From assembly GCA_963791635.1 (NCBI GenBank), contig CAWBTC010000004.1, positions 20,422-84,421 on the forward strand: 64,000 bases of DNA. Reading direction: 5' to 3'. The notes under the pieces are model-generated. The model saw only the letters and a list, made by a program, of their open reading frames with translations. It had not been told where the DNA came from and did not search any database. How positions within the stretch are numbered: position 1 is the stretch's first letter; the number at the start of each line of letters is the position of its first letter. The DNA is from an uncultured Acidimicrobiaceae bacterium. GTDB taxonomy: Bacteria > Actinomycetota > Acidimicrobiia > Acidimicrobiales > Ilumatobacteraceae. Shown here piece by piece: positions 18,933 to 26,823 of this stretch. Made by a program: the position numbers and the translations under genes.

Positions 18933-19361
18933 AGCAGAGCCGGTGCGAGCGCGACGCCCGCCGCCACCGACCGGCAGCACCCGCAGCAGGTGGTGCCAGC
19001 GACACTCCACGCAGGCCTCCACCACATACGCAGTGAGATCGTCGGACCGCTGGTTGAGCGCCGCCATCTCCTTGGCCGTCGACACGCAACGGCCCTGGGC
19101 CGGCAGACGAGAACCGAACACATAGGTGACGAGCCGGAGCTTGGCCTCCTGACAGATCGGGCAGCCGGAGCGGCTCTCGGTGCCGATGTTGCGTGCGGCG
19201 CGGATCAGTTCGGGGTGCGCGTCGCACACCTGGTCCTGGCGCAACCGACCGCGGCGGTACTCGTTGACGAGGTGTCGGCGGGCAAGTCGGTGGTCGACGA
19301 TGGCGCGGCCGGCACCACGAAGGGCGCTGGCGGAGAACTGCCCCTGACCCTGCGTCGACAT
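18927..19361 (-). CDS. Conserved actinobacterial Cys-rich protein (DUF5318-like)
   Basis: VDHRLARRHLVNEYRRGRLRQDQVCDAHPELIRAARNIG...CPIC...VFG...AYVVEACVECRWHHL. The family name is recalled from memory and was not searched. Confidence 0.6.
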   Translation of the reverse strand: MSTQGQGQFSASALRGAGRAIVDHRLARRHLVNEYRRGRLRQDQVCDAHPELIRAARNIGTESRSGCPICQEAKLRLVTYVFGSRLPAQGRCVSTAKEMAALNQRSDDLTAYVVEACVECRWHHLLRVLPVGGGGRRARTGSAG

Positions 19362-19529
19362 GCTGACAGAGGCTACCGATCTCCGGGTGCCCCTGCCGGC
19401 GACCCAGCCCATGTTCGTCCCCTCGAAGAGATCGGCGCGGACTCACTGACGGGCACCGACGGTGCCGTGCGACAGCACCTCAGCGGATCGATCCACAGCC
19501 GCGCGAGCACGATCGGTCACACTGGGTCC

Positions 19530-20135
19530 ATGAGCACCAACGTCTGGTTCGGGAAGGGCGTCGCCGACGACGGCGAGTTCCGCCTCTGCGGGAACGTCAG
19601 CGGAAAGCGGACGATCGAGCTGGGCATCGCACCGGTGCCCTCATCCAACGTGGCAAACGCGGTGGCCCTCGCACTCTCCGGTGCCAAGTCGATCGTGGTC
19701 GACCCGAACGCCGACCGCATCGCCGAGATCCGCCGTCAGGCCGAACACGCAGAGGTGCGCGTCGAATGCCACCTCGGCGAGCTGGCCGACCTCGGCTTCG
19801 CGACCAGTGGTTCGGTCGACCTCGTTGTCGCCACCCAGACCCTCGACGACGTCGACGATCTGCCCCGGCTCCTGCGTCAGGTGCACCGAGTGCTTCGCCC
19901 CGACGCCTCGTTCGTGGTGTCGCTCACCCATCCTTTCGCGGCCATGTTCGATGCCGGCAGCGACGCACCTCAGCGTCGCTATGGCGTCCCGGTGCGATCG
20001 ATCGGCGAGCTGTTCATGAGCTTCGAGCGCAGCAACTTCCACATCGATGTGATCCACGAGCTCGCTCCGCTCGCCGCACGCGACTCGCTCGTGCCCACGG
20101 TGCTGCTGTTGCGCGCCCGCAAGCTCGGTGTCTGA
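19530..20135 (+). CDS. Class I SAM-dependent methyltransferase
   Basis: Motif I-like TIELGIAP... and the post-I/II pattern VDLVVATQTLDDVDDLPRLLRQVHRVLRPDASFVVS. Only the 3' third of ORF 18828..20135 looks like protein, so the start was set at ATG 19530. Confidence 0.7.
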   Translation: MSTNVWFGKGVADDGEFRLCGNVSGKRTIELGIAPVPSSNVANAVALALSGAKSIVVDPNADRIAEIRRQAEHAEVRVECHLGELADLGFATSGSVDLVVATQTLDDVDDLPRLLRQVHRVLRPDASFVVSLTHPFAAMFDAGSDAPQRRYGVPVRSIGELFMSFERSNFHIDVIHELAPLAARDSLVPTVLLLRARKLGV

Positions 20136-20141
20136 CGATTT

Positions 20142-20204
20142 CGTCAGGTCCGTCATGTCCGTCATGTCCGTCAGGTCCGTCAGGTCCCTCAGATCGGTCA
20201 GGTC
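20142..20204. repeat. Tandem repeat, 9-bp unit cgtca(g/t)gtc x7
   Basis: Seven contiguous units run from 20142 to 20204, between the methyltransferase stop (20135) and cca. The cca stop (tca 20198-200) lies in the last unit. Confidence 0.92.
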
Positions 20205-21664
20205 GCGCGGCTGGTCCACCACTGCCTGAGGCGACGGGTCGCTTCGTCGATGCCGATCGGACCCGCTTCGAGCCGGAGGTCCGTCAGGAACCGGAGCGCC
20301 GTCCCCACCTGCGGTCCGGGCTCCAGCCCGAGCAGCGCCATCACTGCGGCACCGTCGAGCTCTGGACCCAGGTCGCCGAGATCCTCGTGCGCGGCGAGGA
20401 AGGCCATCCGCTGCTCGAATGCCTTCACGCCAGCCAGCACCCGCCGGGACGCGTCGGGCTGCAAGTGCGCCGCGGTGGTCCGGGCCAACACCAGCGCCTC
20501 GTCGAGCAGCACTGCGGCGTCGCGGACCAGCAGTCGCACCTCGCCATCGGTCCACACATCCCCACCAGGACGGGCCACGAACCGCCCGTGGATCTCGACG
20601 AGCGTGCCGACGGCATCGATGTGGGCCAGCGAGGCCCGCAGCTGCCGCATCCGGCCTCTCGCCACGTCGGGTCCGAGGCAGGTGAACAGTGCCGCCCATC
20701 GGGTGAGTCGACGATCGTCGCCATCGGCGGGCACGGCGGCGACGAGGGCGATCGCGTGTGCGAGCCCATTCGGGTGGACCGACGTGTCGATCGTCCGATC
20801 GGCCAGCGCAGCCACGTCGGGCAGAGCGTGCCGGGCAAGGCCAGACTCGGCCACGAACTGCAGACCGGCCGCTGGCGCTGGCGCTGCGAGCAGTTTGTCG
20901 AGCTCGTCGCGGATCCGCTCGGCGGACACGATCGACAACCGTTCGGCCATCGCCCGCACGGCATCGCCCAGGTCGGGCACCGGCACCAGGTCGTAGCGGG
21001 TGATGAAGCGCGCCGCGCGAAGCATCCGCAGCGGATCGTCGCTGAAGCTCTCGGCCGGCGTGAGCGGGGTGCGCAGCACCCGGGCTGCGAGATCCACTGC
21101 CCCGTCGAAGGGGTCGACCAGCACGGGCACCGGTGCGGTCACATCGATCGCCATTGCGTTCACCGTGAAGTCACGTCGAGACAGGTCGGCCTCGATGTCG
21201 TCGGAGAACGCCACGGCGGGCTTGCGCGAGTCGCCCTGGTAGGCCTCGGCGCGATGGGTGGTGATCTCGAAGACCCGCTCGATGACGTCGGCCTGCTCGG
21301 TCCCCGCAGCGCGGCCCGACCTGGTCACCCGCTTCATCGCCCCGATCGTGCCGAAGCGCTCGCCCTGCGTCCAGATCGCATCAGCCCAACCGTGCAGCAA
21401 CTGTTTGATCTCCGCCGGACGCGCCGTCGTGGTCGCGTCGAGATCGAAGTCGTCGGTGCCGTCCAGGCTGCCGGTGCCGTCGGTGCCGTCGGTGCTGTCG
21501 AGGCGTTCCGCTGCCGCCACGAGGTCGCGCACCATGCCCCCGACGAGGAACAGTCGGTGGCCGGCCGCCTGGAAGCGCTCGGCCAACGGCTCGACCTCGC
21601 GCATCACCGCTGCGAATCGTGCGGAAGCGAACAGGCCTTCGACGGACGGCTCCGGAGGGTTCAT
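20198..21664 (-). CDS. cca: CCA-adding tRNA nucleotidyltransferase / poly(A) polymerase family protein with an HD domain
   Basis: LFLVGGMVRDLV, then the DFDLD..T catalytic motif, RDFTVNAMA, and a C-terminal HD-type region. Its position matches pcnA/cca at the Mycobacterium chromosome end. The start was set at ATG 21664. Confidence 0.88.
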   Translation of the reverse strand: MNPPEPSVEGLFASARFAAVMREVEPLAERFQAAGHRLFLVGGMVRDLVAAAERLDSTDGTDGTGSLDGTDDFDLDATTTARPAEIKQLLHGWADAIWTQGERFGTIGAMKRVTRSGRAAGTEQADVIERVFEITTHRAEAYQGDSRKPAVAFSDDIEADLSRRDFTVNAMAIDVTAPVPVLVDPFDGAVDLAARVLRTPLTPAESFSDDPLRMLRAARFITRYDLVPVPDLGDAVRAMAERLSIVSAERIRDELDKLLAAPAPAAGLQFVAESGLARHALPDVAALADRTIDTSVHPNGLAHAIALVAAVPADGDDRRLTRWAALFTCLGPDVARGRMRQLRASLAHIDAVGTLVEIHGRFVARPGGDVWTDGEVRLLVRDAAVLLDEALVLARTTAAHLQPDASRRVLAGVKAFEQRMAFLAAHEDLGDLGPELDGAAVMALLGLEPGPQVGTALRFLTDLRLEAGPIGIDEATRRLRQWWTSRAT

Positions 21665-21704
21665 CGTTCGGTGATCGTCGGCGGTCGCAGGAGGTGCCGC
21701 GGGC

Positions 21705-22733
21705 TCACTGGTACGTCTGACGCTGGTGCCAGAACGAGGTGATCGCATCCAACTGGCGACCGCCCGGTCCACCCGAGGTCTCGGACTCGCTGAGATCGAC
21801 CGGTTCGGGATCCTCACCGGCGAGCACGCTCACGACACCGGCAGAACACCACGCGAGGGCATCGAGGTCGTAGCCGCCCTCGAGCATCACGATTCGACGG
21901 CCTGGAGGTGCCCACTCCATCGCCCGTCGCGTCAGTGCGATGTAGTCGCCCGACGTGAGCCCGAGCTCGGTGATCGGGTCGAAGCGGTGCCCGTCGAAGC
22001 CGGCGGAGATGACCAGCCACGTCGGCGCGAACGCCTCCACCCGCGGCGCGATCACTTCGTCGAACGCCCGCAGATACACGTCCCCGGTCGTTCCCGGTGG
22101 CAACGGCACGTTCATCGTGAAGCCCTCGCCGATGCCCGCCCCGACCTCGGTGTGGCGCCCGGTCCCGGGGTAGAGGGGCCACTGGTGCAGGCTCACGAAG
22201 AGCACACGGGGGTCGTGGTAGAAGACATCCTGCGTGCCGTTGCCGTGATCCGCGTCGTAGTCGAGGATCAGCACCCGCTCACCCTGGTCGGCGAGCGACG
22301 CCGCGAGCACGGCGACGTTCGAGATGAGACAGAACCCCATCGACTCCGTCTGGTTTGCATGGTGACCAGGCGGTCGAACGGCGCAGAACGCAGCATCGCC
22401 CTCGCCGCGCCGCAACGCCTCGGCAGCGGTCAAACCCGCCCCGGCCGCCAACGTCGCGGCACGCCACGTGCCGAGCGAGGCGTAGGTGTCGGGGTCGAGA
22501 CGGCCGCCACCCGAGCTGGAGATCTGCTCGATCCGGTCGAGGTAGGCCTGTGGATGCACCCGTTCGAGGTCCTCCCGCGACGCTGCGATCGGCTCGAGCG
22601 GGATCAGCGAATCAGCTGAGGCATAGCGACGGATGCCGGACAGAACGGCCTGGAGCCGCTCGGGGCGTTCGGGGTGGCGCGGGCCGGCCAGATGTTCGAG
22701 GTACGCGGCGTGGGTACTGAACAGCACGGACAC
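21705..22733 (-). CDS. Histone-deacetylase-family (AcuC/acetoin-utilisation-type) deacetylase
   Basis: Signatures VRPPGHHA, DYDADHGNGTQ and LEGGY. The GTG start at 22733 gives VSVLFSTHAAYLEH. Confidence 0.88.
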   Translation of the reverse strand: MSVLFSTHAAYLEHLAGPRHPERPERLQAVLSGIRRYASADSLIPLEPIAASREDLERVHPQAYLDRIEQISSSGGGRLDPDTYASLGTWRAATLAAGAGLTAAEALRRGEGDAAFCAVRPPGHHANQTESMGFCLISNVAVLAASLADQGERVLILDYDADHGNGTQDVFYHDPRVLFVSLHQWPLYPGTGRHTEVGAGIGEGFTMNVPLPPGTTGDVYLRAFDEVIAPRVEAFAPTWLVISAGFDGHRFDPITELGLTSGDYIALTRRAMEWAPPGRRIVMLEGGYDLDALAWCSAGVVSVLAGEDPEPVDLSESETSGGPGGRQLDAITSFWHQRQTYQ

Positions 22734-22897
22734 GTCTTCGACGCTACCGTCCTGGGGGAATGAGCCGAGTGCTCCGAACCTCGCGCTCGCCGGCGACCGC
22801 TCCGACCTCTCGGTCGACTTCGGGCCGGACGGGCAACATCGTCCTGCGCGGCACCTCCGTGCCGGCCCGGGCTCACCCGTGCGCGGGCAACGCTGCG

Positions 22898-23533
22898 ATG
22901 GCCCAGATCGTGGTGCTCGATGGCACTGCCGTGCCCACACCCGAGCACTTCAGCACCTGGAGCGCCACCCTCGCCGACCGAGGGTTCACCCGCGTCCGCA
23001 CCGGAGCGCTCTCACCCCGTCAAGCCGGCCAGGCCGAGCGCGCGGGTCTGATGTGCGTGCAGGAGTTGGCGCTGCTCGACATCAACGCGCCGTTCGCACT
23101 CGGCTCCACGTCGCACCGAACCCGACGGCTGCGCACCGCGGAGCTGGCCACGATCGCCACGATCGACCACGCCGCATTCGGCAGCAACTGGGCCCTCGAC
23201 GCCGAGATGCTCGCCGACATCCGCCAGGCCACCCCCTCACACCGAGCCCGCACGGTGAGTCTCGACGGCACGCTCGTCGCGTTCCTCGTGTCAGGACGTG
23301 CGGTGCGCACCGGCTACGTGCAACGACTTGCGGTTTCGCCCAGCGCTCACCGCCAAGGCATCGCCACCTCGTTGTTGATCGACTCCTTGCGCTGGATGCG
23401 ACGCAGCCGGGTCAACCGGGCGTTCGTGAACACCCACGTCGACAACGAGGCCGCACTCGAGCTCTACCGACGCCACGGGTTCGTGGAGATGTCCGAGCGG
23501 CTCCGGGTGTTCGAGGGCCCCCTGTCGCGATGA
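22898..23533 (+). CDS. GNAT family N-acetyltransferase
   Basis: Motif A VQRLAVSPSAHRQGIATSLL and C-terminal NEAALELYRRHGFVE. The start at ATG 22898 gives MAQIVVLDG. Confidence 0.85.
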   Translation: MAQIVVLDGTAVPTPEHFSTWSATLADRGFTRVRTGALSPRQAGQAERAGLMCVQELALLDINAPFALGSTSHRTRRLRTAELATIATIDHAAFGSNWALDAEMLADIRQATPSHRARTVSLDGTLVAFLVSGRAVRTGYVQRLAVSPSAHRQGIATSLLIDSLRWMRRSRVNRAFVNTHVDNEAALELYRRHGFVEMSERLRVFEGPLSR

Positions 23534-23596
23534 CACCCCACCGCCCGACACCACTCCTCGGCGTTCGCCCAGCTCGTACCGTGGCATCGCCTCGCC

Positions 23597-23641
23597 GGGC
23601 AGGTCTCGTCCGGGCAGGTCTCGTCCGGGCAGGTCTCGTCC
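23597..23641. repeat. Tandem repeat, 15-bp unit gggcaggtctcgtcc x3, immediately upstream of ATG 23647
   Basis: Three perfect units at 23597-611, 23612-26 and 23627-41. In the frame of the downstream gene they read AGLVR x3. Confidence 0.92.
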
Positions 23642-23646
23642 GGGCG

Positions 23647-25836
23647 ATGCGCACGTGGCCTTGGTTCGTCGGAGCAGTGGTGGCCGCGGCGGTGTTCTCG
23701 CTGCTCGTCGGCACCACCCCCACCCTCGCGCGCGCTGCTCCTGCCGGGGCTGGAACCACCGCAGGCCTGAACATGCGCGCAGGCGACGAACTGGCCGTCG
23801 CCGATCAGACGTTCTCCGTCGCGATCGACGGATCGTTCGATGTCACCCTCACCTTGCCGGCCGACGTGGACGTCGCCGACTTCGACGAACGCTCCGTGCT
23901 CGTGATCACCAGCCATCGTGCCATCGCCGACCGATTCGAGTTCCAACGCTCCACCGAGGGTGAGCTGAAAGGCACCGAGGATTCCTTCGACGTGTCGCTC
24001 GATCCAGTGGTCGCCGACCCCAACCGACTCGCTGTCGCCGACGGCACGATCACCGTCCGGGTGCCCACCGAGTCGCTCACCCGTACGCCCGAAGCACTGC
24101 AGATGGCGCAATCGGGCGTCCACGCTGTCGTGCTCGAGCTCCGGATCGACAACCGCCCGTCCGGCGAGGTCACCACCTACATCAACCGTCTGCCCTCGGT
24201 GCCCTCCACTGCCGGCCCGCTCGCCGTCTCGCTCGTCACCCGCCAGTTGTCCTTGCCGGTGATCGGTGACGATGGCTCGGTGACGCTCAGCGACTCCGCC
24301 CGCGACGAGCTGGTGCAGTTGTCGGCCACGCTCGCCGCGCTCGAGGCGACCACAGCGGCAACCGGCGCCGAACTGCCCCGTGGCGTGCAGGTCGAGCCGT
24401 CGCTGCTGCAGGTCGTCGTCGACACCGATCCCGAGCTGGCGAGCACCCTCCTCCCCGGTCTCGCTGCCGGCGACGTCATCGCCGCACCCCGACTCCCGCT
24501 CGATCCGTCGGCCGCGGCGGCGGCCGCCGAGGAGGCGCGGTACGGCGACTGGCTGCTTCAGGGTGAGGACATCGTCCGTGGCATCCTGCCGAGCACCGAG
24601 ATCGACCGTTCGGTGGTGCTCGTCGACGACCGGCTCAGCAGCAGCGCAGCCGCAATGCAGCGCAACCTCGGCGCACGACTGCTCGTGCTCTCGTACGACT
24701 TCTACACCGATCTCGAGGGCAGCCTCCTCGACTTCACCGACATCAGCCAGCTCGTCACCGTCGAGCTCGCCAATGGCCAGACGGTGCCGGCGGCGATCGT
24801 CGACGACTTCCTCGGTTCCCAGATGGTGCGCGGCGCCGATGAACCGGTGCTCACCGCGATCGAGATCGCGGCCGAGCTCGTGGTGCTCGCACGCGACATC
24901 GACATCGATGGTGGCGCCGTCGGACGACACGGCGTGGTCCTCGCGCTGCCCGACATGGGTGTGCCGGACGCAACCTTCATCGCCGAGCTGGCGCCACTGC
25001 TGGCCGACACGCCCGCATTGCAGCTCGTGTCGCCACGCGAGCTCGGGACCAACACCACCACGCTCCTCGACGACGGCCGTCTCGTCACCCTCACGCTGCC
25101 CGACTCGGCGGGACCCGACATCACCTCGCGCCTCGAGCGCCTCGAGCGCCTCGATGACGTCACTGCCGACGTGCTCGCCTACGCCAGCATGCTGCCCGAC
25201 GGCGCGCCCGACATCGCCCGGTGGTCTGCGACGCTCGACGCCTTCCCCTCCACCGCGCTCAGCGACGAACAGGCCGATGCCGCCGTCGGCCGACTCGCCG
25301 ACGACTTCACTGCGTACCGAGCGGCCGTGATCGCCCCAGAGCCGTTCGCGTTCACCCTGACCGGCCGCGAGAGCAAGCTGCGGTTCTCGCTCGCGAACAG
25401 CTCCGACCAGACGATTCGGGTACGCGTGAACCTCAGTTCACCGAAGATCCGCTTCCCCGACGGCGACAAGATCGTGGAGATCGCTGCACGGAGTGAGAAG
25501 GATGTCGACGTCGACGTCGAGGCGCTCAGCAACGGCAAGTCGAGCGTCTTCTTGCGTATCTATGCGCCGGCCGAGAACCGAGACGTCGAACTCGTCCCCG
25601 AGGTGGTGCTCACCGCCCGAGTCAACTCCCTGGCCGGTCTCGGCCAGCTGATCACGGGCGCCGGCCTCCTCCTCGTCGTGACCTGGTGGGCACATCACGC
25701 CCGCTCGAACCGCCGCAAGGCCTTCGCCACCAGGTACCAGTCACGGCATCCATCCGGCCGCCGCGAGCCGCAGGCGGTGACACCCGGAGGCGAGGTCTCG
25801 CCCGACGCCGCTGCCAGTAGCCTTCCGCCTTCGTGA
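23647..25836 (+). CDS. Large secreted protein with a C-terminal TM anchor, Rv3909-like (DUF6049-type) by position
   Basis: Signal peptide MRTWPWFVGAVVAAAVFSLLVGTTPTLARA and C-terminal helix LITGAGLLLVVTWWA followed by basic residues. It sits next to cca as Rv3909 does in M. tuberculosis. An alternative start at ATG 23530 forms an ATGA overlap with the GNAT stop. Confidence 0.65.
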   Translation: MRTWPWFVGAVVAAAVFSLLVGTTPTLARAAPAGAGTTAGLNMRAGDELAVADQTFSVAIDGSFDVTLTLPADVDVADFDERSVLVITSHRAIADRFEFQRSTEGELKGTEDSFDVSLDPVVADPNRLAVADGTITVRVPTESLTRTPEALQMAQSGVHAVVLELRIDNRPSGEVTTYINRLPSVPSTAGPLAVSLVTRQLSLPVIGDDGSVTLSDSARDELVQLSATLAALEATTAATGAELPRGVQVEPSLLQVVVDTDPELASTLLPGLAAGDVIAAPRLPLDPSAAAAAAEEARYGDWLLQGEDIVRGILPSTEIDRSVVLVDDRLSSSAAAMQRNLGARLLVLSYDFYTDLEGSLLDFTDISQLVTVELANGQTVPAAIVDDFLGSQMVRGADEPVLTAIEIAAELVVLARDIDIDGGAVGRHGVVLALPDMGVPDATFIAELAPLLADTPALQLVSPRELGTNTTTLLDDGRLVTLTLPDSAGPDITSRLERLERLDDVTADVLAYASMLPDGAPDIARWSATLDAFPSTALSDEQADAAVGRLADDFTAYRAAVIAPEPFAFTLTGRESKLRFSLANSSDQTIRVRVNLSSPKIRFPDGDKIVEIAARSEKDVDVDVEALSNGKSSVFLRIYAPAENRDVELVPEVVLTARVNSLAGLGQLITGAGLLLVVTWWAHHARSNRRKAFATRYQSRHPSGRREPQAVTPGGEVSPDAAASSLPPS

Positions 25837-26687
25837 GCATGCCTGCCGTCCGTCTCGTCACCGATTCCGCCTGCGACCTCCCCCAGTCGGTCGCCGACGA
25901 GCTCGGGATCGAGATCGTCCCGCTCACCATCCGGATGGGCGACGAAGAGTTCGTCGATCGGCGCGATCTCACGCCGGCGGAGTTCTGGGCACGCTGCGCC
26001 ACGCTGGCGCAGTTGCCCGAGACCGCTGCACCGGCCCCCGGTCAGTTCGAGGCCGCGTACCGCAAGCTCGCCGCTGAGGGCGCCACCGCGATCGTGGTCG
26101 TGTCGTTGAGCGCTGCGTTGTCGGCAACCATGCAGAGCGCAGAGCTCGCCGCTCGTTCGGTCACCGGCGAGATCCCGGTCACCGTCGTCGACAGCCGGAA
26201 CTGCACGCTCGGCCTCGGCATGATCGTCGCCGACTGCGCCCGCCTCGCCCGCGACGGCGCCGATGCCGCCACCGTCGCTGCCCGCGCTCGCGACCTCGCT
26301 CACCGAACCAGGGTGTGGGGCGCACTCGACACCCTCGACAACCTGAAGAAGGGCGGCCGTATCGGTGGCGCTCGAGCGCTGCTCGCCTCGGCTCTGGCGA
26401 TCAAGCCGATCATCGAGGTGCGCGACGGCAAGGTGGAGCAGGGAGGCAAGCAACGCACCCGCGCGAAGGCTCTCTCGTTCCTCGTCGACAAGGTCAAGAG
26501 CATCACCGCGGCCGGTGGCAGGATCGAGAACCTTGCGGTGCTCCACGCAGACTGCAGCGACGTCGATCAGTTCGTCGAGATGCTCCGGCCGCACTACTCC
26601 GCAGAGATCGTGATCGGTGACATCGGGCCTGTCGTCGGCACCCACGCCGGCCGCGGCACGATCGGCATCGCCTTCCACGAGGGCTGA
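25833..26687 (+). CDS. DegV family fatty-acid-binding protein
   Basis: VRLVTDSACDLPQSVADELGIEIVPLTI...GDEEF.D is the canonical DegV N-terminus. The start forms a GTGA overlap with the previous stop; ATG 25839 is an alternative. Confidence 0.88.
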   Translation: MSMPAVRLVTDSACDLPQSVADELGIEIVPLTIRMGDEEFVDRRDLTPAEFWARCATLAQLPETAAPAPGQFEAAYRKLAAEGATAIVVVSLSAALSATMQSAELAARSVTGEIPVTVVDSRNCTLGLGMIVADCARLARDGADAATVAARARDLAHRTRVWGALDTLDNLKKGGRIGGARALLASALAIKPIIEVRDGKVEQGGKQRTRAKALSFLVDKVKSITAAGGRIENLAVLHADCSDVDQFVEMLRPHYSAEIVIGDIGPVVGTHAGRGTIGIAFHEG

Positions 26688-26823
26688 CCCGACCGCCCGT
26701 CCACCAGCCCCCGGACCCGGTGACGACCGGGTGGCGCTCACGTCCCGTTCGAGCGCTCGGTGTGGTCGGTGAGTTGATTGCCGGGACCTGAGCGGTGCCC
26801 GCCACTAGCGTTCACGAGCGGAC

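Noticed and set aside
12907-20135. The extended N-termini offered by the longest ORFs 12907..13839 and 18828..20135.
   Set aside because: The upstream portions are Arg/Pro-rich and overlap neighbouring genes. Internal ATGs at 13309 (ATGA overlap with arsR) and 19530 give protein-like N-termini.
22633-25836. A single 1067-aa plus-strand ORF spanning the deacetylase, GNAT and Rv3909-like region.
   Set aside because: The first ~300 codons are Arg/Pro-rich read-through that overlaps the deacetylase antisense and the GNAT gene out of frame. Only the part from 23530 or 23647 onward has a signal peptide and protein-like composition.
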